NCBI GenBank assembly: GCA_951406725.2
Contig: OX597820.1
Span: forward strand, 21,018,001-21,082,000
Length of the DNA stretch: 64,000 nt
Direction: 5' to 3'
Source: Octopus vulgaris
Lineage: Eukaryota
The number at the start of each line of letters is the position of its first letter. Position 1 is the first letter of the stretch. Position numbers and translations under genes: made by a program. The notes beneath the pieces were generated by a model. That model had not been told where the DNA came from. It was given only the letters and a program-made list of their open reading frames with translations, and ran no database searches. This document shows positions 11,641-24,325 of the stretch, piece by piece.

Positions 11641-12073
11641 GGATTTTTTTAAACATCGAATGGCTATGAGGGTCCACCTGAATAAAATAGGATTCAAAGG
11701 GATTCATTTGTGAAAAATGGTTGATTTTCATATTTAAGGCACTGAACAGGTTGAATTGGTAACACAGTGGACAAGATGCTCAGTGGTGTTTCTTCTGGTA
11801 CTTTACATTCTGAGTTCAAATTCCACTGAATTTAACTTCACTTTCCATCTGTTACGGGTCAATAAAATAAAACACCTGTCAAATATTGGGGCAACGTAAT
11901 TAACTTGTCCCTTCCTGTCAGAAATGCTGGTCTTGACCCTTGCAACAGACTGGCATCCTTTCTGAAAGAATGCTGTGATCTCAGACACTTATAAGCCATG
12001 GAAACTAGGTAACTGGTCTTATGAGGCCGAGGGTTCAAGAAAGGAAAATACATGTTGAGAGCTTCATAAAGAA

Positions 12074-12500
12074 GTGCTGATCATGCAAGGCAGATGGAAG
12101 TTGTGTAAGAAGAAGACATGGAACGAAGTACTTAAGGACGACCTCAGTACCCTGAACCCTATGGAGGAGATAACAAAGGAGAGATGTGTGGCACTTTGGT
12201 GTAGCAGAAGTGCTAATGCTGCTCCCCATGATGAAAAGGATTGGTCTGCAAGAGCACTGTGCCAGTGCCGTGTAAAATGAACCCATGCTGGTACCATGTA
12301 AAGACCCTCGTGCTGGTGCCACATTCAAAGCACTCAGTACAGTCGGTAAAGTTGTTGATATTAGGAAGGGCATCCAGCGGTAGAAACCAAGCCAAGTCAA
12401 ACTGAAGCCTGGCATAACTCACCAGCTTGCCAGCTCTGGTCAAACTATCCAACTCGTGCCAGCATGGAAAATGGATGTTAAAGGATGATGATGATGATAA
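12074..12500 (+). mobile_element. RTE-clade LINE 3' fragment (family D)
   Basis: KKTWNEVLKDDL ORF end, 3' UTR aggaagggcatccagc...agcatggaaaatggatgttaaa and (GAT)n tail. Confidence 0.75.
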
Positions 12501-12519
12501 CAATATATAAATATATATA

Positions 12520-12862
12520 TTCTGAGATCCCCTTTGGTCACAACACAGACAATGGGATTGCACCTAGAAAGTTACCCTCCCAGGCACAAGTCCAGGCAAG
12601 GTTGTTTTATGGAAGACCAGCAGTCGCCCATGCATACAGGCCTCCCCTCTCCACACCACCAGTGTTATCCAAGGGAAAGGCAACAGCCGATACAGCTTGG
12701 CACCTGTGACGTCACAACTCATTTCTACAGCTGAGTGAACTGGAGCAGCGTGAAATAAAGTGTCTTGCTCAAGAACACAACACGCAACCCGGTCTAGGAT
12801 TCGAGCTCACAAACTCATGATCGTAAGCTCGATGCTCTTACCACTGAGCCATGCGCCTTCAC
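12520..12862 (-). mobile_element. tRNA/CORE-like SINE family G
   Basis: tRNA head, core gtgttcttgagcaagacactttatttcac and a distinct tail. A second copy lies at 63190-63533. Confidence 0.8.
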
Positions 12863-12892
12863 ATATATACATATATATATATATACATATAA

Positions 12893-14085
12893 ATCATCAT
12901 CATTGTTTAACATCTGCTTTCCATGTTGGTATGGGTTGGACAGTTTCACTGAGGACTGGCAAGTCAGGAGGCTGCACCAGGCTCCAATCTGATCTGGCAA
13001 GGTTTCTACAGTTGGATGCCCTTCCTAACACCAACCATTCTGAGAGTGTAGTGGGTGCTTTTTATGTGCCATCGGCATGGGGTCCAGTCAGGTGACACTT
13101 GCATTGGCCATGGCTATGATCTCATTTGGCTTGCTGGGTCTTCTCAAGCACAGCATATCTCCAAAGGTCTCGGTCACTTATCATTGCTTCTGTGAGGCCC
13201 AATGTCTGAAGGTCATGCTTCACCACTTCATCTCATGTCTTCCCGGATCTACTTTTTCCACAGGTTCCCTCCACTGTTAGGGTGTGACACTTCTTCACAC
13301 AGCTGTCCTCATCTATATGCAATGCATCACCATAGCAGCACATTCATCTTTCTTGCACACCACATCTGAGGTTTCTTATGTCCAACTTTTCTCTCAGGGC
13401 ACTTACACTGATATTACACATCCAGCGGATCATACTAGCTTCATTTCTTGCAAGCTTACACATGTCCTCAGCAGTCATGGCCCATGTTTCCCGGCCATGT
13501 AGCATGGCTGTTCGCAGACATGCATCATACAGTCTACTTTTCACTCTGATTGAGAAGTCCTTTGTTACCAGCAGAGGTATGAGCTCTCTGAACTTTGCCC
13601 AGGCTATTCTTATTCTAGCAGCTACAATCTCAAAGTATTCACACTTGCTACTGACTTGGTTACCTAGGTAATAGAAGCTATTGTGAGGGCGCGTGGCTTA
13701 GTGGTTAGGGCATTCGGCTCATGATCGTAAGGTTGTGAGTTCGATTCCCGGCGACGCGTTGTGTCCTTGAGCAAGACACTTTATTTCACATTGCTCCAGT
13801 CCACTCAGCTGGCAAAAATGAGTTGTACTTGTATTTCAAAGGGTCAGCCTTGTCACTCTCTGTGTCACGCTGATTATCCCCGAGAAATACATTAAGGGTA
13901 CACGTGTCTGTGGAATGCTCAGCCATTTTGCACGTTAATTTCACGAGCAAGCTGTTCCGTTGATCGTATCAGTTGGGACCCTCGTCATCGTAACCGGCGG
14001 AGTAAGAAAAAAAAAAAATGGAAGCTATCAATTACTTCTAGTTTTCCCTCCTGGTATGTCATGGAATCTGTTTTCTGTATATATT
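12893..14085 (-). mobile_element. RTE-clade LINE fragment (family D), interrupted by a SINE
   Basis: RLYDACLRTAMLHGRETWAMT...RNEASMIRWMC is typical RTE post-RT sequence, followed by the family D 3' UTR and (GAT)n. Confidence 0.8.
13682..14016 (+). mobile_element. tRNA/CORE-like SINE family C with TSD
   Basis: gagggcgcgtggcttagtggttaggg head, gtgtccttgagcaagacact core and A-rich tail. TSD aat(a/g)gaagctat at 13670-13681 and 14017-14028. Confidence 0.85.
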
Positions 14086-15444
14086 TTTGTTAAATTTGCT
14101 TTTGTATGGAGTTAAATTTGTTTTTGTATGGAGCTGTGGGTGTTGTGGATGTGAAACCATTGATCCATTTATGAGCAGACTTTAACACTAGTGATTTAAT
14201 GTGTGTGTGTGTGTGTGTGTGCGTGCGTGCGTGCGTGTGTGTGTTCGTGCGTGCGTGTAAACCTCCTGCACTTCTGAAGTTCATAATTGATTTTCTCCAA
14301 ACTGGGAGAACCAGAGATGGTTTTAGGTTCTTAAAATTTTTCACATAATGAGTAATGGGACCCCTGGGGGCAGAAAACCTCCTTTCCTGGGGTACATATG
14401 ACAGCTAATGAAATGATATAAGTAGGTTGTATTAAATGGATTAACTGATGTAGACTTCAGACGACGTTGTCTAAGTGGCAGCAATAATATGTGGATTAAG
14501 AAATAATAATGGCACTCAGTACATCAATGCATAGAGTGTACATGCATACACACATCTACACATCCACACACATATGTGTGTGTGTGTGTGTGTGTACATG
14601 CTTTGTGGATTAAGAAACAATGTATGATATATAATGCCTGTGACTATGTTGAGTAGGAAAATGGTTTTAATGTACTCAGAAAACTATGTGACATAGAATT
14701 AATGATGCGTAGGATACTAACAATTTTAAAGGTTTATTATATCGGCTTGACAACCGATGCTGGTGTGTGTACGTTCCCGTAACTTAGTGGTTCAGCAGAA
14801 GAGACCGATAGAATAAGTATCAGGCTTACAAAGAATAAATCCTGAGGTCGATTGGCTTGACTAAAGGCAGTGCTCCAGCATGGTCACAGTCAAATGACTG
14901 AAACAAGTAAAAGAATAAAAGAATAAATATATATTATAAAATAGCTGAGTCAGAGAGAAATATAAAAATATCTAGAAAAATATTGAAATCAAAAGCAACA
15001 TGTTTTTATATGTCAGCGCTTTACCCACTACACTGTGGGCTTCATCAGGACAATAATGAAAACAAGGTTTTTCATACACAACAGTGTATGATGCCTTCAC
15101 ATCTTTGTGGTGTGCTGCATCATATTTGGTGCTACATCATGCCCCCTCCAGCATTGAACCAAGAGAGGGAACAGTTTCCAGACAAATAGGGGAGAATGCA
15201 GTGCAAAAAGCCATGGGTATCCGTCTGTATGTTGATCTGTTTACTTTCATATCCATATGCTTACATATATGTGCATATACACATACATACATACGCCCCC
15301 CCCACACACACACACATATACATACATATGTAAAAATTAACACTTCCTTCTCCAAGTCTAGATTCGAAACCGAATCTAGGCTTCGAGAAGGAAGTGTTAA
15401 TTTATACACATACATATTTTAATACAATCCCCTAATAACATTAA

Positions 15445-15830
15445 TCATCATCGTTTAACATCCGTTTTCCATGCTAGCATGGGTTGGACGGTTCGACCGG
15501 GGTCTGGGAAGCCAGGAGGCTGCACCAGGCCCCAGTTTGATCTGGCAGAGTTTCTACAGCTGAATGCCCTTCCTAACACCAACCACTCCGTGAGTGTAGT
15601 GGGTGCTTTTTACACGCCACCAGCACAGGTGCCTAGGCGAGGCTGGCAACGGCCATGATCATTTGGTGCTTTTTACGTGCCACCGGCATAGAAACCAGTC
15701 AAGGGTGCGCTGGCATCGGCCACATTCGGATGGTGCATTTTACGTGCCACCGGCACAGGTATCACAACTATAGTTTCCATTTGATTTTTGATGTTGATGT
15801 ACTTGACTTAATAGGTCTCCTCAAGCACAG
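15445..15830 (-). mobile_element. RTE family D 3' UTR fragment
   Basis: Reverse of the D tail with repeated gtggcacgtaaaagcacc units. Confidence 0.8.
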
Positions 15831-16055
15831 TGTGTGTATATACATATCATCGTCATCATCACAGTGTGTATATATATATATATCATCGTCATTATCATCA
15901 TCATTTAACATCCGCCCTCCATGCTAGCATGGGCTGGACGATCCGACCATTATTTATTGAATCATAAAAATATAAATGGGATTTTTTAAAACCTCAAATG
16001 GCTAAGGGGGTCCAGTACAGTTAAATAGGAAACAAAGAGGTTCACCAGCAATAAA

Positions 16056-16290
16056 TGGCGGCGAGCTGGCAGAATGGTTAGCATGCTGGGCGAAATGCTT
16101 AGTGGTATTTTGTCTGCCGCTACGTTCTGAGTTCAAATTCCGCCGAGGTCGACTTTGCCTTTCATCTTTCCGGGGTCGATTAAATAAGTACCAGTTACAC
16201 ACTGGGGTCGATATAATCGACTTAATTCATTTGCCTGTCCTTGTTTGTCCTCTCTGTGTTTAGCCCCTTGTGGGTAGTAAAGAAATAGGT
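16056..16290 (+). mobile_element. SINE family B
   Basis: Near-consensus full monomer. Confidence 0.9.
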
Positions 16291-16859
16291 TGGGAACCAT
16301 GGAACAAAACCATTCGAGGTGTTGCCCCAGCATGGCTACAGTTCAATAACTGAAACAAGCAAAAGATAAAAGAAACCTGTCAAAATCCTTGCTGAGTTTT
16401 ATAGTTCAATATTAACAGAAAAAAAAAAAGGATAATTAAAGAGGATCCGTGTTGCTGTTTGATTTCCTTTAGCAACTCTTCACATTCCCCATTTTTTATT
16501 GTATAATACAAAGAAACATGTCAACTCACATCAACTCCTTGTCACGATTAATGGCAGCACAGTTTATTAGTGAGGTTAGCAAATAGTACACAAAACACTT
16601 TATTTGCTTCTTGTTTGTTTGTTTTTTTCTTTTTTTCTATAAAAGCAAACTAAAAGCTATTTACTGAAACAAAACGAAGCTATTATTAACTAAGGCCATA
16701 TTTATAACAATTTTGGGTCAGACACACAATACAAAGCAGATTTCTAAATATTTTTATCAGTGTTGTGTCAGTGTTGTTTAACCCAGAGTCAGTCCTGCTT
16801 ATTTAGACTCCTTTGATCCCAGGCGATCCAGCCATGACTGTCCAATTTCTTTTTTTCAG

Positions 16860-17145
16860 ACACATGATTGTAAGGTCATGAGTTCAATTCCCTATGACAT
16901 GTTATATCCTTGAGCAAGACACTTTATTTCATGTTGCTCTAGTCTCTTCAGCTGGCAAAAATGAGTTGCACCTGTATTTCTAAGGGTTGGCTTTGTTACA
17001 TTCTGTGTCACCCTGAGTCACCCTGAGAACTACATTAAGAGTAGTTGTATCTGTGGAGTGCTCAGCCACATACACATTAATTTCACCTGCAGGCTGTTCC
17101 ATTGACTGGATCAACTGGAACCTTTATCATTATAACCAATGGAGT
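16860..17145 (+). mobile_element. SINE family C (diverged)
   Basis: Matches the body and tail of 13682-14016. Confidence 0.7.
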
Positions 17146-17157
17146 TTATTTATTTAT

Positions 17158-17458
17158 GTGCCCTTTTCAAGTCTAGCTAGGCTCATGGGCCCGGTTTCCC
17201 AGTTTCTGTAGCGTATGTGTTCCCCCCAGCTGGCCGAGATGCCAGTCCATCACAGCGTTACTCAAGAAGCAGAAAGAAAGAGTGAGAGAAAGTTGGGGTG
17301 AAAGAGTACAACAGGGGTCGCCACCCCACCCCCTGCCGAAGCCTCGTGGGGCCTTAGGTGTTTTCGCTCAATAAACACACAACACCTGGTCTGTGAATCA
17401 AAACCGCGATCCTACGACCGCAAGTCCGCTGCCCTAACCACTGAGCCATTGCGCCTCC
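17158..17458 (-). mobile_element. tRNA-derived SINE family F
   Basis: Head ggaggcgcaatggctcagtggttagggcagcggact and body tttattgagcgaaaacacctaa. Related copies at 24008, 30060, 31400 and 33600. Confidence 0.85.
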
Positions 17459-18483
17459 AAACCAATGGAGTGCCAGGTTTAATTCATCACCTGGTCCTTA
17501 AGTACCTTTAGTGCTAGCATCTAGGGCAGGTCTCCCTGTTTGAGGATACTTTCCCCTCCTGCTCTTATCAGTCTCAGAAACCCTTCATAGCCATTGCCCT
17601 TCTATACTGACAAAAAGGTAAAAAGTAAAGTGTTTCATTCTATGCACCTGCCTTTCCTCAAATTAAATACTCTGACCTTACCTCTAAAACAGGGCAACTG
17701 GTCTCAGGTGTGATCCTTTGATGATAGGTCTGTTTAATCAGGATCAGCCTAGGGTTAAAAACAATGTTGTAGGTAGTGTGTGTACCACCCAAGGCAGCTC
17801 TTAAGTTTTCCATCTCCCTCTCCACAGGCCCCAGTCCAATACAGACTTATACGGTAGACCCAAAAGTGATGTTCCCATCAAAGCATCATCTGGGACAAAC
17901 TGTCCCCACCTCCATATTTGAAACTGGTTAAACAAAAACAACTCATTATTTTCTCTGTTATTACATCTTCTGATCTTCAGGTCTCTTGTTGTTGTTTCTC
18001 CAACTGTAAACATACAACTACAGACAAATTGTAACCGAACAATCTCAGCTATCACTTAGTCTAGAACATTCTTAAACAATTACGTGCACTGTGTTGACAG
18101 TGACTAATAAATAGAAAATGCAGGATTTCATAGCATTTATTAAATCAATTCATTTTTATTACATTTGTTGGATATAATTTATACATTAGCAAAAACCAGC
18201 TGTGAGCAAGATACAACAATATGTACACGTATTTAAAACAGTGGTTTTACAGTCCTTTTGATTTTGTGATGCATTGAAGATTAACACTGGAAATCAAAAA
18301 TAGTTTACTGGTGCACTTCAAATGGTAAGGCAAAATTACTGGTGCACTCAACTTGGGAAGCTGAAAAACTTCAAAGTTGAAAATTTAGGCAAAATATTGA
18401 AACATTTTGCTCACCTTGTTTTATTAATCAGCACTAGTGTCATGTAAAAAAGCATCCAATCCACACTGTGAAGTGGTTGGCAT

Positions 18484-18484
<1 letters not shown>

Positions 18485-18545
<61 letters not shown>

Positions 18546-20680
18546 TGTGTACAGTGCTCAGGTGCACTACAACTCATCTAAAGTGTATATATAATCAGGT
18601 GTAGTTTCGACGGATTTCGGGAAGCATGAGGGCCTTAAAGGATGCAGTGTCATGGCAGTCAACAACTGATGCAGGCAGTTTATTCCACGCTTCAGCAACC
18701 CTGAGCGTGAAAAAATGTTTCCGAAAGTCATGGGAGCTGTGCTGTTTTCTGACTTTGTAGGCATGTCCACGTGTGTTAGACACATGGAGATCAAAAAGGT
18801 GTTCAGTGTTGTTGTTGGTGAGGTGGTTGAAAACCTTGTGGGTGTTTACCAAGTCCGTCGCTAGACGCATCGGAGCTTCAGTGAATCCATGCCCAGGGAA
18901 ACAAGGCGCTCAGAATATGGTAGGTGTCTGATGGAGGGTATGCGTTTGGTTGCACGTCTCTGGACAGATTCCAGGAGGTCAATGTTCTGAGCAAGATAGG
19001 GATTCCAAACTGATGATGCGAATTCCAAGTGTGGTCGTACCATAGCTGTATACAGTTTTAAATAGATGGCTGGAGAGCGGCTAACAAAAGTCTTGCTGAG
19101 TGATGCCAAGACACCCTCGGCCTTCTTGACAATTTTAGAGATATGCTTTGTCCAACGCAAATCACTGCTGACAGTGATGCCTAGGTCACGCTCGCAAGAG
19201 GATTTCTTGATATCAGTGTTATGGAGGGAGTATGTGGACGCAGGGTTTTTCTCCCAAAATGCATGGTGGTACACTTGTCCACAGCCAGTTTCAGTTGCCA
19301 GTCTGTGATCCATTGCTGCATTGTGTCTAGGTCTGATTGCAGGAAAGAGTTGTAGACATCAGGATCAGTCCTCTTGATTTCAAGGTACAGCTTGATGTCG
19401 TCTGCATATTTCAATACTCTGGCATTCTTTAAATTGGCATCTATGTCATTAATGTATGCCACAAACAGGAGGGGACCAAGGACAGATCCCTGTGGTACAC
19501 CCGATGACATCTCATATGGTGTAGAGTGCTGTCCTAGAACTGTGACTACCTCCTTTCGGCTGAGGATGAAGGATTTCAACCAGTTAAAAAGGTCATCCCC
19601 CACACCCATTGCAGAGAGTTTCACCATAAGCCTTTTGTGTGGCACAGAGTTGAAAGCCTTAGCAAAGTCAAGGTAGACAACATCCACCCATGAGCCACTG
19701 TCAGTGATCTGAGTAATGTCCTCAAGGAACTCGACAAGCTGGTCACTGCAGCTGGAGTTAGGGACAAATCCATATTGTGAGGGTCGGATGAGACTGTGAG
19801 AGCTCCAGAAGTTCCAGAGTGTTTCTCTGACACACGATTCCATCAGTTTTGCAATACAGCTAGTGAAACTGACTGGGCGATAGTTGACAGGTGATGTGCG
19901 GTCACCCTTTTTGAACAGAGGAATGACACTGGCAGTTTTCCACTGCTCCGGAGTAGCACCATTGTTGAGACAGTACTGGAAGAAAATAGAAAGCTGGTGT
20001 AAAAGGAAGTGCCTGCCACGTTTGAGAAGCAGGTATGTAACTCCATCGAGACCAGGGGAGGCATAGTTGCGCTTATTTTGAAGGTGACGTCGCAGCATTG
20101 CAGGTGTAAATTCCATAGTTGTTATGGAGTTTGCTGTTAGTGATGGTGAAGATGGTGCATTTTGACTTTCGACAGTGAATATGTTTGCATAGCATTCGGC
20201 AATGAGTTCTGCGCATTCCTTGGGGTCGTCAGTGTTCTGGTTCGTGTGAGGGTTGCGAAGAGGGCCCACTGGAGAGTGAGGTCTCTGCTTTGAATGCACA
20301 TATTTCCAGAAAACCTTGCTGTCAGGATTGGCTGCTATGCACTGTTCAAATTCAAGCACTGCATTTTTTGTCACTTGCTTGAGATGGTTGGAGGATTTAT
20401 TCCACTTCTTCCTGTTGGTGTCTGATTTATGCAACTTGTATTCCTGTTCAGCAGTCCGATGTTCCTTCCTGGCAAGTCGGACTGCTGAAGTTTCCCAAAT
20501 TGCCCTTTTGGGGCGGTTCTTCTTTTTTTGTTTACGTGGCACTGATGCTGCACATGCTGCCCATATTGAGTCCAGGATACTCTGGAGTATAGTATTCACA
20601 TCTCCAGAGTTGTAGAATTCACGCCAGTTTGGGTGCTGTAGTTCAGTGTGGTACAGGTTCCAATCTGCTCTCTTCCAATC
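18485..20680 (-). mobile_element. 5'-truncated CR1/L2-group LINE (RT plus C-terminus), two frameshifts, (TTA)n tail
   Basis: NYRPVSFTS, DVVYLDFAKAFNSVPH, GVPQGSVLGPLLF, YADDIKLY, RPHLEFASSVWNPY and FFTLRVAEAWNKLP occur across three overlapping ORFs. It is inserted into an RTE family D 3' UTR. Confidence 0.95.
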
Positions 20681-21178
20681 TTGGAAAGGCATCCAGCTGT
20701 AAAAACTATCCCAAAACTGATCTTGCCTGTACTCGTACCAAATTAAAAGCAGGGGCATATATTACAGGTGTGCTAGGTGTGTGTTGCACACACACTAAAA
20801 ATGGCAAATTCATTATAAATATTAACCTTACTCGTTAGTTTAATCACAAATCTTAATGGAAATCTTTTGTTATATTCCTACTTGGAATTTGGTGGCACTG
20901 GATGTATGTGGCAGCACAGCCAATACTACACTGGTAAACAGCACTCAACCCATTCTGCAAGGTGGTTGGTGTTTGGAAGGGCATCCAGCTGTAAAAAAAT
21001 AAAAGCCATGCCAAAACAGACACAGAAGTATGGTGCAGTCTGCTGCCTGACCAGCTCTTGTCAAACTGTCCAACTTGTTGATTTGAAAGCTTCGTATCTC
21101 TCATAAGCAACACTTTGGCCACCGTTGTGATACAGGTACACTACTTACTTTCTGGAAAACCAGAAAATCCATACTATA

Positions 21179-21593
21179 AGGCGGTGAGCTGGCAGAGTTG
21201 TTAGCACGCCAGGTGAAATGCTTAGCGGTATTTCGTTTGCTGCTACATTCTGAGTTCAAATTCCACCGAGGTCGACTTTGCCATTCATCCTTTTGGGGTC
21301 GATTAAATAAGTACCAGTTATGCACTGGGGTTGATATAATCGCCTTAATCCATTTGTCAGTCCTTGTTTGTTCCCGCTGTGTTTAGCCCCTTGTGGGTAG
21401 TAAATAAATAGATATTTCGTCTGCTGCTACATTCTGAGTTCAAATTCCGCTGAGGTCGACTTTGCATTTCATCCTTTTGGGGTTGATTAAATAAGTAACA
21501 GTTACGCACTGGGGTTGATATAATCGATTTAATCCCTTTGTCTGTCCTTGTTTGTCCTCTTGTGTTTAGCCCCTTGTGGGCAATAAAGAAATA
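21179..21593 (+). mobile_element. SINE family B dimer with 17-bp TSD
   Basis: TSD agaaaatccatactata at 21162-21178 and 21594-21610 encloses a full unit plus a head-less unit. Confidence 0.9.
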
Positions 21594-22149
21594 AGAAAAT
21601 CCATACTATACCTGTATTATATAGGTAAGACCTTATAAACATTTGGCTATTTTCATCTGAAGAAACCTCATTTTTTGCTGGTGTCATTCTGTTCATTAAA
21701 TTCTAATTCAGTTAATTTTCACACTTTACTCATTATATGATTCATCTCTTAATGAATAAATTGAGCTTTATTACATATCATATGAATAAGAGAGAAATAG
21801 TCTTCTTCATTCGTCTTATATGTCTCTGAAGATAACCAGATTAGCAGCTCTACTCTTTGTGGCTTATTATACCAACAGGGCTGCTCACAGGCCATATAAC
21901 AATTACATACATTGAGCTGCTTAGTGCATGAGTTTGTGATTGACAGCTTTCAGCTATCCGGGTCTGCTTTTATTGTTACTGTTTTTGTTCCAGGAGGGTT
22001 TGCAACAAAATCTACCCTTCTTACCGTGTAGGCTAATTAGGATTGCCAGCTTAGTTCCAATGACCCAACAATGTAACTGGCTGTTTTGGGTCGCATGTTA
22101 CTAACAGCACCAAGAGCAACCTGATTATAAGTGTGATCTGACCAAGAGT

Positions 22150-22364
22150 TACTCTCTTTTTTACTCTTTTACTTGTTTCAGTCATTTGACTGTGGCCATG
22201 CTGGAGCACCACTTTTAGTCGAGCAAATCGATCCCAGGACTTATTCTTTGCAAGCCTAGTACTTATTCTAGTGGTCTCTTTTACCAAACCACTAAGTTAC
22301 TGGGACGTAAACACACCAGCATTGGTAGTCAAGCAATGTTAGGGGGACAAACACAGACACAGAA

Positions 22365-22407
<43 letters not shown>

Positions 22408-22581
22408 CACATATATACGACAGGCTTCTTTCAGTTTCCATCTACCAAATCCACTCACAAGACCTTTGTAGGCCCAAGGCTATAGCAGAAGACACTTGCC
22501 CAAGGTCACATGCAGTGGGACTGAACCCAGAACCATGTGGTTGGTAAGCAAGCTACTTACCACACAGCCATTCCTACGCCT
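22150..22581 (-). mobile_element. SINE family A
   Basis: Full-length reverse match. Confidence 0.9.
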
Positions 22582-23079
22582 GAAACATTATACTTATTAC
22601 TTATTATTTATATATGTAAATATAGATTAGCTGAAACTGGACAAAACTGGATCATAAAAGAAAAAAGAACCAGTCATATATTAACATGAATTTAACTGAA
22701 TAATATCCAGCGTTCCTGAATACATTATCTGACTATAAGACAGGACAGCCATGCCTGGAATGTGTTGAATCATAGGTCTGCTGGACTAATACCTTCTTGG
22801 AGCTAAACAGTAAATCAACAATGTCTTATAAATAACATCTGTACATTTCTTATTCAATAGCCATTATAGATGAATAACACCAGTTTTATATAAGAGCAAG
22901 ATATAGACAATTACATTGGTCACACCTGGAATGGGATTAAACTGTGTAACTAGAAAGCAGGCCAGTAAGAGATAGTAAATAAACATGAAGCATTCAGTTT
23001 TTTATCTGCTTTCAGTTATGATCGTTTCTACTGCTTTTAGTATGAATATTTGTTTTAGATTGACACAAGGCTAAATGCT

Positions 23080-23288
23080 ATAATAATATTGATAATAATG
23101 ATGATAATAATAATAGTAATAATAATAATAATAATTAATAATAATAATAATAATAATAACAACAACAACATGAACTTCCAGCTTGTTGTCTCTTGAGGTT
23201 TCTGGGTGAGACTTAGAGCCAACTTGTACAAATGTAAAGCAAAAGTCAAACATAAAAAGTAATAAAAATAATAATAATAATAATAATT

Positions 23289-23354
<66 letters not shown>

Positions 23355-23355
23355 G
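23080..23355. repeat. (AAT)n microsatellite pair
   Basis: Two long AAT runs. Confidence 0.95.
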
Positions 23356-23369
23356 AAATAGAAATAGAA

Positions 23370-23930
23370 ATGCAAAGATCCTGTGCAATTTTATGATTCA
23401 GTGCGACCATGAGAGTAGACTGCGCTGGTTTGGTCACGTGATGTGGAAGGATGCCAAAAGCTCCATAAAGAAGTGCCGACCCTCTCAATGTGGATGGAAC
23501 ACGTGGAAGAGGAAGACCCAGGAAGACATGGGATGAAGTACTGAAGAATGACCTCAGGACGCTGATTGAACCTTTCAGATGAGATGACAAAGGACTGAGA
23601 TGCAACTGTGCATACTCAAGAAGACTCATATCCCGCTGCAGAAGTGTTAAGACCAATCTTGCTGGTGGTGCAAAGCACTCATGATGGTGCCACATAAAAG
23701 CACTATATGTAAAAGCACCTGTGCAGTGCCACATAAAAGCGCCCATGTGGTGCCACATGAAAAAACTAGCACACTCTGGAGAGTGGTTGGCATTTGGAAG
23801 GGCATCCCGCTGTAGAAATCATGCTAAATCAGACTGGAGCTTGGTGCAGCTCCCCGGCTTGCCAGCTCTGGTGAAACCATCCAACCCATGCCAGCATGGA
23901 CAACGGATGTTAAATGATGATGATGATAAC
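23370..23930 (+). mobile_element. RTE family D 3' fragment
   Basis: RLRWFGHV and GRGRPRKTWDEVLKNDL, followed by the D 3' UTR and (GAT)n. Confidence 0.8.
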
Positions 23931-24007
23931 GATATAGGTATTTTTCCAGTGCAGTCTAAACTATACTCTGCATTACAAATAACCAGCAGTTAGAACTCCA
24001 TGTTTGT

Positions 24008-24325
24008 GGAGACACAATGGCCCAGTGGTTAGGGCAGTGGACTCGCGGTTGGAGGATTGTGGTTTCAATTCCCAGATTGGGCGTTGTGTGTGTTTATTGA
24101 GTGAAAACACTCAAAAGCTCCACGAGGCTCCGGCAGGTGGTGGTGGCAACCTCTGTTGTATTCTTTCGCCCCAACTTTCTCTCACTCTCTCTTCCTGTTT
24201 CTTGAGTAATGCTGTGAGGGACTGGCATCCTGTCCAGCAGGGGAGGGGGTGACATACACCACAGAAACTGGGAAGCCGGGCCCATAAGCCTGGCTAGGCT
24301 TGAAAAGAGCGAAAAAAAAAAAAAG
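24008..24325 (+). mobile_element. SINE family F
   Basis: Full-length copy with A-rich tail. Confidence 0.85.

Noticed and set aside
13684-13760. Functional tRNA genes at SINE heads (also 3184, 24008, 30060)
   Set aside because: A and B boxes are present, but acceptor stems are incomplete and the sequences continue into SINE bodies.
17828-17930. Plus-strand exon candidate PSPIQTYTVDPKVMFPSKHHLGQ
   Set aside because: The acceptor is plausible, but the donor is weak and no homology was recognised.
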